Shown here: positions 40,024-49,607 of the stretch, in pieces
Layout: every line of letters begins with the position of its first letter
Position numbering within the stretch: position 1 is the first letter of the stretch
Source of the DNA: a bacterium
GTDB taxonomy: Bacteria > J088 > JAWLBW01
Direction: 5' to 3'
Assembly (NCBI GenBank): GCA_041690355.1
Contig: JAWLHK010000005.1
Coordinates: 1 to 64,000, forward strand
Length of the DNA: 64,000 bases
Made by a program: the position numbers and the translations under genes
Notes under the pieces: generated by a model
Database searches by the model: none
Seen by the model: the letters and a program-made list of their open reading frames with translations, nothing else
What the model was told of the DNA's origin: nothing

Positions 40024-41222
40024 GGCCGGTCCTCCTCCGGTTCCGAGCCGCCGTCATCCCCCGCCGCTTCTGCGCCGATGCCCAGGAGAAAGAGGCCAGG
40101 ATCAATCGGAACCAGCCGGGCCGCGAAATCGGGAACCACGAGGTTGCCGCCGTCGGGCTGCGCGGCGCTCATGACACGCGCCTGACTGAGCGCCATCGGC
40201 ATGCCGAGGAAATCGGCGAAATCGCCGCCGCAGTTCTTCTCCCCCTTGCACGTCAAGGCGACAACTCCGAGGTGGAAGCGTTCCGCATAGCCGGCCTGCA
40301 GGGCGTACGGATGGCGAAATCCGGCGATCTCCTCTCCGGTCGCCGGCCCCGAGGCGTCCGCCTCGCCTCCGGCTTCCTCGGGACCGGCGATCCAGTCCCG
40401 AACACGGTTCCCCATTTCCGCGCTGCCGCTTTCCGATGCCAACGGCAGAAAACCGTCGATTGCCTCGCGGCAGGCGGTTCCCTCGTCCTCTTCGCTTCCC
40501 TTTCCCTGGAAGAGCCGCGCGAGCAGGTTCCCGGGATTTCCCTTTGCGCCACCGCAGAGGATTCTGGTGAGGCTTTTTCCGGCCTTCTCGAGCTGCGTGA
40601 AGTCGACCGCGTCCAGTTGACCGCCGATCAGCTCGGCGAGCAGGCGGCGGTTGGCCGCCGGCGCCAGGTCGTATCCGCGTTCGGCCTGGAGCGGCGCCTC
40701 GAGGGAATAGCCGTCGCCCCCGGTTCCGGGGAGCGGCAGCGGCACGAGCACCCACTCGCCGGCCTCGAGGTCCTCGGTGGCCAGCGGGGCCTGCGCGGCC
40801 AGGAGCGGCAGGATGGGGAAGAGCGGCAGGACGGCGTCCTCCGTATCCGCCAGGGCGGCATTCAGGTCCTGCAGGTCATCGACGATGCGCAGGGTCTCCT
40901 GCAGCAGATCGATCCCCTCGGGAAGCGTGACCACGCCGGCCCCCAGGGCGACCGACCCGAGTCCCCCGACGGTGACCGTGCCGACTGCGAGGGCCTCGGT
41001 CGCGAGCAGGCCGTCGTGCAGCAATGCCGTCAGGTTCATCAGTTCGGCCTGGCTCACGGCCCCGGCGAGAACGGAAGCGTCGGCGATCTGGCGCCTTCGG
41101 TTGCGCTCGGCCATGCTGAGCGCGGTGCGCACGAGTCCGGTCAGGATGACGGCGAGCAGGAGCACGGCGGCGGCCAGCACAACGAGGGCCGAGCCGCGCG
41201 CATTGGCGGCGGGGTGACGCAT
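40005..41222 (-). CDS. TadG-like (Tad domain) pseudopilin
   Basis: ARG/SALV, TM helix, R.RQIADASVLAGA Tad signature. Confidence 0.72.
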   Translation of the reverse strand: MRHPAANARGSALVVLAAAVLLLAVILTGLVRTALSMAERNRRRQIADASVLAGAVSQAELMNLTALLHDGLLATEALAVGTVTVGGLGSVALGAGVVTLPEGIDLLQETLRIVDDLQDLNAALADTEDAVLPLFPILPLLAAQAPLATEDLEAGEWVLVPLPLPGTGGDGYSLEAPLQAERGYDLAPAANRRLLAELIGGQLDAVDFTQLEKAGKSLTRILCGGAKGNPGNLLARLFQGKGSEEDEGTACREAIDGFLPLASESGSAEMGNRVRDWIAGPEEAGGEADASGPATGEEIAGFRHPYALQAGYAERFHLGVVALTCKGEKNCGGDFADFLGMPMALSQARVMSAAQPDGGNLVVPDFAARLVPIDPGLFLLGIGAEAAGDDGGSEPEEDRPWLLLH

Positions 41223-41446
41223 GGTGCGCCCAGCTTTAGCATGGACGCGAAAAAAGAGTCAAGAAAAAAGCAGCAACAGCCTGTCGTCCCCCGTCACCCC
41301 CCCCCTGTCGTCCCCCGTGAGAGGGACCCAAACCTCGGTAAAGATCGTTTTTCCCAGCGTCCAGCGCCCAGCGCCCTCCCCACAGGAACACCACGCCCAA
41401 CGATTTTTCCGCTGGACTCGCGCCCGACCTGGTGTATGATCGCTCC

Positions 41447-41869
41447 ATGCAACACGGAACTCGACTCTACCGGACGTCCTCGCAGACGGTTCTCGCGGCG
41501 CCGGGCTACCTGATTGTCGTCCAGGGGCCCGCCATCGATACGGTGAACCGGCCCGGGCGGACCTACGAAATCGGCTCCCGGTGCAAGGTGGGACGCCTGC
41601 CCATGAACGATCTCGTCCTCGCCGACGACACCGTGAGCCGCGAACACTGCCTGTTTCAGGTCGTCAACGGCGCTTACCATGTTGAAGACCGCCAGAGCGC
41701 CAACGGCACCAAGGTCGACGGGCGCCCCTGCGGCGATACGCGGCTCGGCGCCTGCCATGACGTGCGCATCGGCGACTATCACTTTCTCTTCTGGCAGGGG
41801 ACTCTCAACGACCCCGCCCTGCAGCCGCAGCTGCGAGACCGGGGGGTGCGCATGCTGTCGCTGTTCTAG
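41447..41869 (+). CDS. FHA-domain protein
   Basis: VGR...ND.V..D..VSREH, D..SANGT.V.G; start placed 6 nt after TATGAT. Confidence 0.85.
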   Translation: MQHGTRLYRTSSQTVLAAPGYLIVVQGPAIDTVNRPGRTYEIGSRCKVGRLPMNDLVLADDTVSREHCLFQVVNGAYHVEDRQSANGTKVDGRPCGDTRLGACHDVRIGDYHFLFWQGTLNDPALQPQLRDRGVRMLSLF

Positions 41870-41902
41870 CAGCCGGGATCAGGCCCGCGCGTGCCGCCGC
41901 CC

Positions 41903-42859
41903 TCAGTGCGGCCGTGACTCGGCGCCGCCCCCTTCAAGGCGGTATGCCAGATCGTGAACCGGCTTCTCTTCGAAGCAGTCGGTCTCGATCTGGACCGTCG
42001 CGAAGTACACCCCGAAGCGGGCGTCGAGCAGCCGGTAAACCTCGGTGAGATGGCGATCGTAGTCTTCGGTGGTCGGCGTGCGCACGTGCAGCGAGACCAC
42101 GTTCTTGCCGGCCGTCAGGCTCCAGGCATGCGCGTGGTGCACGTCTTTGACCCAGGGGAGCGCCTCGACGGCGTCCACGACGTCCTGCAGCGAGAGATCG
42201 CGGGGCACGGCGTCGAGCAGGATGCGGCTCGCATCGCGAATGATGCCCCAGGAAGCCCAGAACAGAACCAGCCCGAATGCCATGCCGAGGATCGGATCGA
42301 TGGCGTAGAATCCCGTGAACCGGATGACGAACGCCGCCACGATGATCAGCAGGCTGCCGACAAAGGTCTGAATGATATGCCAGTAGGCCCCCTTCAGATT
42401 CAGGTTGCCGCGTTGCCGCCGATAAAGTACCGCCAGAGAGACCGCCTCGGTGATCAGGCCCCCGGCGGCCGCCACGAGCATGGGCCCGGTGGGGATGTGC
42501 ATCGGATTCTGCAGGCGCTGCAGGCCCATCCAGAGGACGAGAAAGGCCATCCCCACCAGAAAGAACCCGTTCACGAGCGCGCCCAGAATCTCGGCCCGTA
42601 CGAGCCCGAACGATGCATATTCGGATGCGGGCCGGCGCGCATAATGGCTGGCGACCAGGGCGACCAGCACACCGCCGACGGCCGAGAAGGTGTGAAAGGC
42701 GTCGGAGAGCACGGCCACCGATCCGGTGTAGATGCCGATACTCAGTTCGATGAAGAAGTACACGCCGGTCATCCACCCGGCGATCTTGAGCGCCTTGCGA
42801 TCTCCCGTGGGCAGTGCGTGTCCGGCATGCCCGGCGCCGCCCGCCGCGCGACCGTTCAT
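41903..42859 (-). CDS. Cation diffusion facilitator (CzcD/ZitB-like)
   Basis: S.AVLSDAFH, FG..RAE.LGA..N, NL.GAYWH, DVHH.HAW. Confidence 0.92.
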   Translation of the reverse strand: MNGRAAGGAGHAGHALPTGDRKALKIAGWMTGVYFFIELSIGIYTGSVAVLSDAFHTFSAVGGVLVALVASHYARRPASEYASFGLVRAEILGALVNGFFLVGMAFLVLWMGLQRLQNPMHIPTGPMLVAAAGGLITEAVSLAVLYRRQRGNLNLKGAYWHIIQTFVGSLLIIVAAFVIRFTGFYAIDPILGMAFGLVLFWASWGIIRDASRILLDAVPRDLSLQDVVDAVEALPWVKDVHHAHAWSLTAGKNVVSLHVRTPTTEDYDRHLTEVYRLLDARFGVYFATVQIETDCFEEKPVHDLAYRLEGGGAESRPH

Positions 42860-42970
42860 TTCGTCCGCTCCATCCTGTCAGCATGAATGAATCCGGCCGC
42901 GGGGGGAATGGCCCCCCCTTCCCTCGCCCGCCGCCGTAGCCTATAGTGCCGGCAGGATTGCCTGCTTCGC

Positions 42971-43852
42971 ATGGAGACGCTCAGCTTCCTGGCCGGCCTG
43001 GCGCTTATCGCGTTCGCGCTCGTGGATATCTTCCGCGAGGTCGTGCACCCGAACGACAGCGGCGCGGTGAGCAGCGCCTGGGGCGCCCTCACATGGAACC
43101 TGCTGCGCCCGATCTCGGGACGGGCGCTGAGCTCGGCCGGCCCGTTGACCATCGTCGCCTCCATCGTCACCTGGGTCTTTCTGCTCGTCGCCGGCTGGGC
43201 CTGCCTGATCTGGCCCGCGCTCCCCGAAGGCTATTCGTACGGGACCGGCATCCCGCAGCAACCTGCCTTTCTGGACGCGCTCTATCTCTCGCAGGTTACC
43301 CTGTTCACGCTCGGCTACGGCGACATCGTGCCCTCGGCGGGATATCTGCGCCTGGTGATGCCCCTCGAGGCCTTCGTGGGCTTCGGTGTCCTCAGCGCCG
43401 CAACCTCCTGGATTCTCTCGCTGTATCCGCCGTTATCTCGGCTGCACTTCGCCGCCCACGAACTTGCCGTCACCCGCAGGGCGAGCACCGAGGCCCGCAT
43501 CGGTCTCTCCGAACTTCACCCCCGGGCGCTGTCGCGGATGCTCGAGCGGATGACCGCCGGCCTGGTGGCCGTCCACAGCGACTTCACGCAGTTTCCGCTT
43601 CTTTACCGCTTCCGGTTTCTCAGCAACCGGTCGTCGCTGCCGGCCCAGCTCCCCTGGGCATACCGGGCCGTTCAGGAAATTCTGTCGCAGAACGTCGACG
43701 CCGATGTCCGGCTGCAGGCCGAACGGTTCCGCCGCGTCCTCGCCGATTTTGCCGAGACATTGGCGCCGCGACTGGGCGTGCAGACCGAACCCGCCACCGT
43801 CTTCGAGGCCTACGCGCGCGAGCATCTCGCGCGCGAGGCAACGGCGCACTAA
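42971..43852 (+). CDS. Potassium channel family (Ion_trans_2) protein
   Basis: ALYLS..TLFTLGYGDIVP selectivity filter. Confidence 0.88.
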   Translation: METLSFLAGLALIAFALVDIFREVVHPNDSGAVSSAWGALTWNLLRPISGRALSSAGPLTIVASIVTWVFLLVAGWACLIWPALPEGYSYGTGIPQQPAFLDALYLSQVTLFTLGYGDIVPSAGYLRLVMPLEAFVGFGVLSAATSWILSLYPPLSRLHFAAHELAVTRRASTEARIGLSELHPRALSRMLERMTAGLVAVHSDFTQFPLLYRFRFLSNRSSLPAQLPWAYRAVQEILSQNVDADVRLQAERFRRVLADFAETLAPRLGVQTEPATVFEAYAREHLAREATAH

Positions 43853-43880
43853 AAAAAAGAGGACCCGCTCGCGCGGGTCC
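43851..43880 (-). terminator. Rho-independent terminator of the FadL-lipoprotein operon
   Basis: GGACCCGC-GCGA-GCGGGTCC-TCTTTTTTTT on the - strand. Confidence 0.8.
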
Positions 43881-43905
43881 CCCGGGAAGTGAAAGGACGG
43901 TCGGC

Positions 43906-45522
43906 TCAGAGGTTCTCGACCAGCCAGACGATCGTCGAGAGCAGACGCATGATGTCGGGGTTGCCGTAGTCGCGCGAGCCATCGACCTCGTAGAGTTCCA
44001 TGCTCGACGTCGAATCGGTCACGGGCACGAGCAGGCCGTTGAAGTTCCCGTTACAGAAGAACAGGTAGACGGGGTCGACGATGCCGTTCGGCCGATCGAC
44101 CGCCCCGTCGGCGCAGGGGCTCTCATGGCCGATGGGGCCGAGCCGGGTCGCATCCGTGCGCAGGCCGAGATAGTCGTTGAACACCGTGTCGCCGTCGCCC
44201 GGGCGTCCGGCGGCATCGGCCACGCCGTCGAAGTCCGCATCAAGGAATCCGTCGATGCCGCCGTCGGTGAACTCGCCGGCATCCGCATCGCCGTTGCCGT
44301 TCTTGTCGGTCCACGGCTCCTGCTCGCTTTCCGAGAAGAACGTCCCCTCGGCGTCGAACCAGGGGAGCAGGCCCGCCTTCGGATCCTTCAGGTCGGTGAT
44401 GGGGTGCGAAAAGAGACGGCTCAGGTTGAGGCCGGGAATGCGCATGCCGACCGGGTCGAGCGGTCCGTCATATTCCCCCAGAAAGCTCTTGGCCTGTCCG
44501 AGCAGGTTCCAGATGCCGTCGGCCGGAATGTAGACCGAACCGTCATGTTCGACGCTCGCCTTCAGATCCGAGAAGGTCTCGTGGAGGACGCCGTAGCCCA
44601 GGAGATTGGCCGCCGTCGAGGCGATGAAGTCCTGGGTGAACTTGGCCACCAGGGTCGACACGAAGCTGCTCTTGGGAAAGACATCGTCCCCCTGATCGTC
44701 ATGCTCGGCGTCGAGGTACTCCATGGAGAGCGTCAGGGCGCCGAAACCATCGACGAAGCGTGCGCGGATGGCCACCAGCTCCGCGGGGTCGGCGAGCTTC
44801 CCGAATTCCGGGCGAAGCCACGGGAGCGGCTTCAGGCCGAGGGCGATGGCGGCCTCCGAAATCCAGGCCGGAATTTCGGCGGGATTCGACGGCATGGCCG
44901 GCACCGGCTTGCCCGAGAGCGCCGCATCGAGCACGGTCGCGAGCACGCCGTCGTACGCGTAGACGAGGTCAACCGCGCCCACGGCGATCTGAAAGACACC
45001 GTAGAGTCCGGCAATCTCGGTGATGTCCCACTCGCCGCTCAGCACCACGGTGGGCTGCGTGGGTTCGGTCGCGGGGAGCACCAGGTTTTCGAACGTGAAC
45101 GTGAAATCGGGCTGCGCGATCACGTGTGCGAAATGATCGACGATTCCCTTCTCGAGCGCCTGATGCACGAAGACATGGATGGTCTTCGCGAGCTGTTCGG
45201 GCGGCGGGAGGGATGCGCCGCCTGCCTCTTCGCCTTCGGCGCCTCCCGACGAAGCAACCAGCGAGGGGATCGCCTGCACGAGGTCGAGAAACTGGATCAT
45301 CCCGAGGCCGAAGTGAGCCCGCACCTGCTCGTCCTCCGTCCCCGCCTCGACGACGTCCTTGTACAGGTCGAACGCGAGCGCACGGTAGGCCGCTTCGCCG
45401 CCGTGCTCGCTCAGGTAGCGTTCGGCCTCGGCGAGCTTTTCGGCCGTGGGGGGTTCTTCAACCGAGCAGCCCGCCGTGAAGACGAACGCCAGGAGCAGTG
45501 TCGAAAGGATGCGCGTTTTCAA
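43906..45522 (-). CDS. Uncharacterised ~538-aa lipoprotein (paralogue of 5271-7034)
   Basis: TTG start overlapping the FadL stop (TTGA); lipobox FTAGC; EPWTDKNGNGDADAGEF Ca-binding-like motif. Confidence 0.8.
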   Translation of the reverse strand: MKTRILSTLLLAFVFTAGCSVEEPPTAEKLAEAERYLSEHGGEAAYRALAFDLYKDVVEAGTEDEQVRAHFGLGMIQFLDLVQAIPSLVASSGGAEGEEAGGASLPPPEQLAKTIHVFVHQALEKGIVDHFAHVIAQPDFTFTFENLVLPATEPTQPTVVLSGEWDITEIAGLYGVFQIAVGAVDLVYAYDGVLATVLDAALSGKPVPAMPSNPAEIPAWISEAAIALGLKPLPWLRPEFGKLADPAELVAIRARFVDGFGALTLSMEYLDAEHDDQGDDVFPKSSFVSTLVAKFTQDFIASTAANLLGYGVLHETFSDLKASVEHDGSVYIPADGIWNLLGQAKSFLGEYDGPLDPVGMRIPGLNLSRLFSHPITDLKDPKAGLLPWFDAEGTFFSESEQEPWTDKNGNGDADAGEFTDGGIDGFLDADFDGVADAAGRPGDGDTVFNDYLGLRTDATRLGPIGHESPCADGAVDRPNGIVDPVYLFFCNGNFNGLLVPVTDSTSSMELYEVDGSRDYGNPDIMRLLSTIVWLVENL

Positions 45523-46811
45523 AACCAGTACCCCGTCTGAATCGAAAAGGTCTGCACGCCCCACTTGTAGAGGCCGTTGCCCATGGCCGGCGGCGTGCCG
45601 AGCACCGCGATGGCCTCATGCGCCGAGTCGGTCACGCGGCGCTCTTCCATCTGCGAATGATTGAAGGCGACGTTGACCTGCCACTTCGGCGAGATGTCGT
45701 AGCCGTACCCGAGGGCCAGGATGTGTTTCGGCGCGTCGAAGTCATTGATCGTCAGGCTCGAATTCGAAGGCGCCTGTCCGTCGTAGGCATAGCCGGCGCG
45801 CACTTCGTGATCGCGCAGGAAGCGATATCCGCCGCCGATCTGGAACGCGACCGTATCGCGGTAATCCTTCTTCACGCTCAGGTCGGCGATTTCGAATCCG
45901 CCGATGTTGTTGTTCGTCAGATTGATGGTCTGTTCCTTGTACTCGCTCCAGCGGTAGTAGCGCAGACCCGCTTCGGCGCGGAAATTGCCGGGCGTCCACC
46001 CCAGACCGAGGCGCGCCTCGGAGGGATAGCGCTGGCTGGCGACCACCTCGTCGGTGGCGGTTTCGGGGTCGAAGCCGACCTGCGGCACGTCGGCGCTGAT
46101 CGTTCCGCGGATGTTCAGGTCCATGCCGGGCGCGCCCACGAAGCCGAGGTGCCATTCGGGCGAAATGTCCCAGAGCAGGCCGACCTTCGGGCGGGGGATC
46201 TGGATGCCGCCGCCCTCGACGATGATGCTGCCGTCAAAGCTGCGGAAGCCCGGGAAGAGGCCGAGGCCGATCTTCTGGTAGGCGCTCACGTAGGCGGTGT
46301 CGAGCGAGAGCGAGGCTGCCAGGTTGTCGAGAATCTTGTAGGCGGCCGACACGGTGATCCACGCCAGCTGCACCTGGGCCTGCTGCACCATGTAGCGCTG
46401 GGCACCGCTGTCGCCGTAGGTGTGCCGCGGGCCGACGGGGGTGAACAGGCCGGCGCCGATGCGCCACCGTTCGCTCACGGGGAACAGGCCGTAGAAATTG
46501 GGGATGTGGTTGACAAAGTCGCCCGTATTCGTCGCCGCCGGCGGATCGCCGATGCCCACGATGGGATCGGGATCGAACGATGCGCTGTAGTTGTAGGCCG
46601 TGTAGTGGCCTTCAACACCGTAGCGATCGAAGCGAACCATTTCGGCCGGATTGTGGTCCATGACCGAAAGATCGTCCCCTTGTGCAACCCACGCGCCCGC
46701 CATGCTCGACGCTTTGCCACCGGTGCTCGGAAAGATGATGCTGCTGGCAGACGCGGTGAGCGGCAGCCCGAGCACGAGAGGCAGGACCAGAAGTTTATGA
46801 AGATGTTTCAC
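45519..46811 (-). CDS. FadL/OmpP1/TodX-family outer-membrane hydrophobic-compound channel
   Basis: Signal peptide; G.A.SMAGA.VAQGDD.S...HNPA hatch motif; RAGYAYD; C-terminal YWF. Confidence 0.9.
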   Translation of the reverse strand: MKHLHKLLVLPLVLGLPLTASASSIIFPSTGGKASSMAGAWVAQGDDLSVMDHNPAEMVRFDRYGVEGHYTAYNYSASFDPDPIVGIGDPPAATNTGDFVNHIPNFYGLFPVSERWRIGAGLFTPVGPRHTYGDSGAQRYMVQQAQVQLAWITVSAAYKILDNLAASLSLDTAYVSAYQKIGLGLFPGFRSFDGSIIVEGGGIQIPRPKVGLLWDISPEWHLGFVGAPGMDLNIRGTISADVPQVGFDPETATDEVVASQRYPSEARLGLGWTPGNFRAEAGLRYYRWSEYKEQTINLTNNNIGGFEIADLSVKKDYRDTVAFQIGGGYRFLRDHEVRAGYAYDGQAPSNSSLTINDFDAPKHILALGYGYDISPKWQVNVAFNHSQMEERRVTDSAHEAIAVLGTPPAMGNGLYKWGVQTFSIQTGYWF

Positions 46812-46920
46812 GGGTGATTATTTTACTTGTGTTACAGAAAGGGAGCAACTGTGACGATGGGTCGCTTAATTGACGATTGGTCGTCAGTGGCGGTTACGGT
46901 GACGATGGGTGCTCCGTGGC

Positions 46921-47255
46921 CGAGGGGGGGAGTGGGGGAGCGGGAGAGGGGGGGCCCAACAAGGACGAAACACCGGTTCGACTTCTTCGACCCTACCCCA
47001 ACCTGCCGCCGGAGGCCTTTCCGGACGTCGGACGCCGGCCAGGCAAGAACCTGGGGAATCCGTAACCTTCCAACCCTTCCCCACCTGCCGCCGGAGGCCC
47101 TACGGATCCCGGGCGCACCGTCCCCCCGAGCGGCAGCGAGGGGGCTATCATGGTGCACAGGTGCACAGGCCGCGAGGATTCAGGACCTGGGCTCCAAAGC
47201 CCCCGCATGCTCGCCGCATGACCTGCGGGACGGGGGGTGCACCGGCGGCGTCGCC
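46921..47255 (+). repeat. Dispersed structured element, copy B (with internal duplication of ACCTGCCGCCGGAGGCC)
   Basis: 30-nt core at 47120-47149. Confidence 0.85.
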
Positions 47256-47346
47256 AAAAACCCCGGATTGCAGGATTCCTATGGCGGAACGAGGATGCAC
47301 CGGCGGCGTCGCCGACAATCCATGGATTGCAGGATTCCTATGTCGG
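47238..47346 (+). repeat. Two-copy tandem repeat, period ~58 bp
   Basis: TGCACCGGCGGCGTCGCC...GGATTGCAGGATTCCTATG starting at 47238 and 47296. Confidence 0.8.
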
Positions 47347-47349
47347 CGG

Positions 47350-48885
47350 CTACAGCGTCTTCAGATACTCGAGCACGGCGCGCCGCTCCAGGTCGGATAA
47401 GTGGTCGCCGAAGGTATGCCCTTTGTTCGACTGGCTCCACAACGTCGTGTCGTAAATGAACTTCCGCTCTGCCTCGGGCGCGTTGTACTGGCTGTAGGGT
47501 ACTTCTACATAGGGCCAACCCAAGGCTTCTTCGTCGAAGTTGCGGCTGTCATAGTCCGCGCGCTTCCAGTACTTCGGCCGGATGGAGCTGTTGAGCACGG
47601 CCTCGATGGTGGGTACCGAGCCGTTGTGGAGAAAGGGGCCCGTCGCCCAGATGCCGTCCAGCGGCGGGGGCATGTAGCCGGGAAACGGGTCATCGGGCTC
47701 CATGCGCGTGACCTGGCCGTAGAACGAGTTGTTGTACCACTCGACGAGCTCGGGCGCGTAGACGACGCCGCCGAGGGCGACGACGTCGTCGGTGCCGATC
47801 ACATCCAGGGGAATCAGAAGGTTCGGATACCACTCCGTCACGTCAGAGTCCCCATAAGTGCCGTGGCAGCCGGCGCACGTCTCGACGAAGACGCGCTCCC
47901 CCTTTTTGGCGAGGACCTTGTCGATGCTGCGCGGGTAGCGGGGCGCCTCGATCGACTTGACGTATGCCTGGATGTCGCGAAACTGCCGGTCGACTTCGGC
48001 GGCGCGGGCCAGGTCATCGACACAGACGGAGGTCGCGAGCGACATGGTGCCGCGGTGGTCGCCGCGCGCCATGCCGTTATAGAACAGCGCGTTCTTCTTC
48101 TTCACTCGCCACCAGGGGGCCGGGTCTGACGTGATTTTGGGATCGAGGAAATCGCCCTTCAGCACGCTCAGCGCCAGCGATTCAACGACCGGTTCGTCGC
48201 TCCAGGCGAGCGTTTCGCGATCGTGGTGCACCATCAGCACGAGGGCGAACATCTCGGCCGGATTCATCCCGACGGTGCGCATGCCCGTGTAGGGGAGCAT
48301 GAGACTCGCCCGCGTAAACATGCGCTCGGCCTGCACGCGCTCGGCTGCGGTGAGCCGCACCAGGTCATACAGGCCTTCGGGGTCGCCGATGGCCTCCGAA
48401 GACACGACGCCGCCGCCGGTGAAGTCGGCGGTTGCGTTGGGCATGCCGACAACCACCTCGCCGTCGAACATGCCGCCATGGCACATCAGGCAATTGCCGT
48501 TCACGACCTCGGTGCCGTCGGGGGCGGTGAAGGCGTTGATGAAATAGGGCATGTCGGCGTTCTTACCCTCGCGCCCCGGGAGCGTCTGCAGGGGCACGTC
48601 CGGGTTTGCGCCGAACGCCGTGGCAATGGCCGATTGCGCGAACGGGAAGGCCCACATGCGGTAGGGAATTCCGCACGTCATGAAATCGCCGTTCAGCAGA
48701 AGGTACGCCCCCTTCGCGGGGTCGCCCGCCGCCTGGGGCTCAGCCTCGAGTACGACGCCCGTATTCCACCACCCGTCTTCGGGAATGCGCGGCGGCGGCT
48801 CATCGGCTGTGCCCGCTTCGCTGCAGGCAGCGAGGGCGAGCATCGCGAGCAGGGTTATCGTTCGTCCGGTAAAGGGCAAGGTCAT
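47350..48885 (-). CDS. Di-heme c-type cytochrome lipoprotein, RoxA/MauG-like
   Basis: Lipobox LAAC; CLMCH and CAGCH; PPLDGIWATGPFLHNGSVPT; SNKGHTF..LS..ER.AVLEYLKTL. Confidence 0.85.
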   Translation of the reverse strand: MTLPFTGRTITLLAMLALAACSEAGTADEPPPRIPEDGWWNTGVVLEAEPQAAGDPAKGAYLLLNGDFMTCGIPYRMWAFPFAQSAIATAFGANPDVPLQTLPGREGKNADMPYFINAFTAPDGTEVVNGNCLMCHGGMFDGEVVVGMPNATADFTGGGVVSSEAIGDPEGLYDLVRLTAAERVQAERMFTRASLMLPYTGMRTVGMNPAEMFALVLMVHHDRETLAWSDEPVVESLALSVLKGDFLDPKITSDPAPWWRVKKKNALFYNGMARGDHRGTMSLATSVCVDDLARAAEVDRQFRDIQAYVKSIEAPRYPRSIDKVLAKKGERVFVETCAGCHGTYGDSDVTEWYPNLLIPLDVIGTDDVVALGGVVYAPELVEWYNNSFYGQVTRMEPDDPFPGYMPPPLDGIWATGPFLHNGSVPTIEAVLNSSIRPKYWKRADYDSRNFDEEALGWPYVEVPYSQYNAPEAERKFIYDTTLWSQSNKGHTFGDHLSDLERRAVLEYLKTL

Positions 48886-48905
48886 CAGCGTTCTCCGATG
48901 GTATG

Positions 48906-48927
48906 ATTATACTGAGCAATTGCACAG
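48906..48927. promoter_or_regulatory. TATAAT -10 (minus strand) and candidate TetR operator
   Basis: CTGAGCAATTGCACAG (48912-48927, 14/16 palindromic) abutting ATTATA at 48906-48911 in a 60-bp divergent gap. Confidence 0.65.
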
Positions 48928-48945
48928 GTTTTTATTCGGATTCCC

Positions 48946-49569
48946 GTGACCGCCGTCAAACGCAGAAAACCCGCCCGGAGAACGCCCTCCCAATCACGCT
49001 CGCAGGCAACGGTCGCGGCGATTCTTGTAGGAACTGCTCGGGTTCTCGTCGAGCGCGGGTACGCCCGGACGACCACGAACCACATCGCGGCCGAAGCGGG
49101 GGTGAGCGTGGGCTCGTTCTACGAATACTTTCCCGACAAGGACGCGGCCATCGCCGCGGTCGTCGAAGCGTTTGCCGATCAGGCGATGCGACGCGCGATG
49201 GAAGAGACCAAAGTGGCCGTCACCAAGCCTCCCGCCGAAGCGATTCATTTCTGGCTGGGACAGATGGTCAAGCTGGTTGAGGACAATGCGCCCCTGATTC
49301 GCACGTTGTACCAGCAGGTGCCGTTCGTCTGGCAGATGCCCAAAGTGCTCGGTCTCGTCGGGCAGATTGAGCGGATCGGACTTCGCTTCGCGGCGGATCT
49401 CCACCTGCGCGCGTCGGTCACGACCTTGCAGGATCGCGCGTACGTCCTCGGGGTGGCCATCGGCGCCAACGTCATTCAGATTGCGACCGACCCGGCCGTG
49501 GCCGCTCGTCGCGACGACCTCACCCGCGAGTTGTCTACGCTGGTGCTACGCTTCCTGCGCCTCGATTGA
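48946..49569 (+). CDS. TetR/AcrR-family regulator
   Basis: PSQSRSQATV..I, TTN.IAAEAGVSVGSFYEYFPDK. Confidence 0.93.
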   Translation: MTAVKRRKPARRTPSQSRSQATVAAILVGTARVLVERGYARTTTNHIAAEAGVSVGSFYEYFPDKDAAIAAVVEAFADQAMRRAMEETKVAVTKPPAEAIHFWLGQMVKLVEDNAPLIRTLYQQVPFVWQMPKVLGLVGQIERIGLRFAADLHLRASVTTLQDRAYVLGVAIGANVIQIATDPAVAARRDDLTRELSTLVLRFLRLD

Positions 49570-49604
49570 CGACTGAAGACTGTCGACTGAAGACTGCCGA
49601 CTGT
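49566..49604 (+). repeat. Heptamer array (GACTGAA)
   Basis: gacgactgaagactgtcgactgaagactgccgactgt; same type at 4189-4207 and 9716-9735. Confidence 0.7.
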
Positions 49605-49607
49605 GCC

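Noticed and set aside
42946-45540. 864-aa + strand ORF
   Set aside because: Out-of-frame or antisense shadow of the channel and lipoprotein genes
47238-47346. Mini-CRISPR or attachment-site duplication
   Set aside because: Two-unit local tandem duplication at the end of element copy B, with no integrase, tRNA or cas nearby
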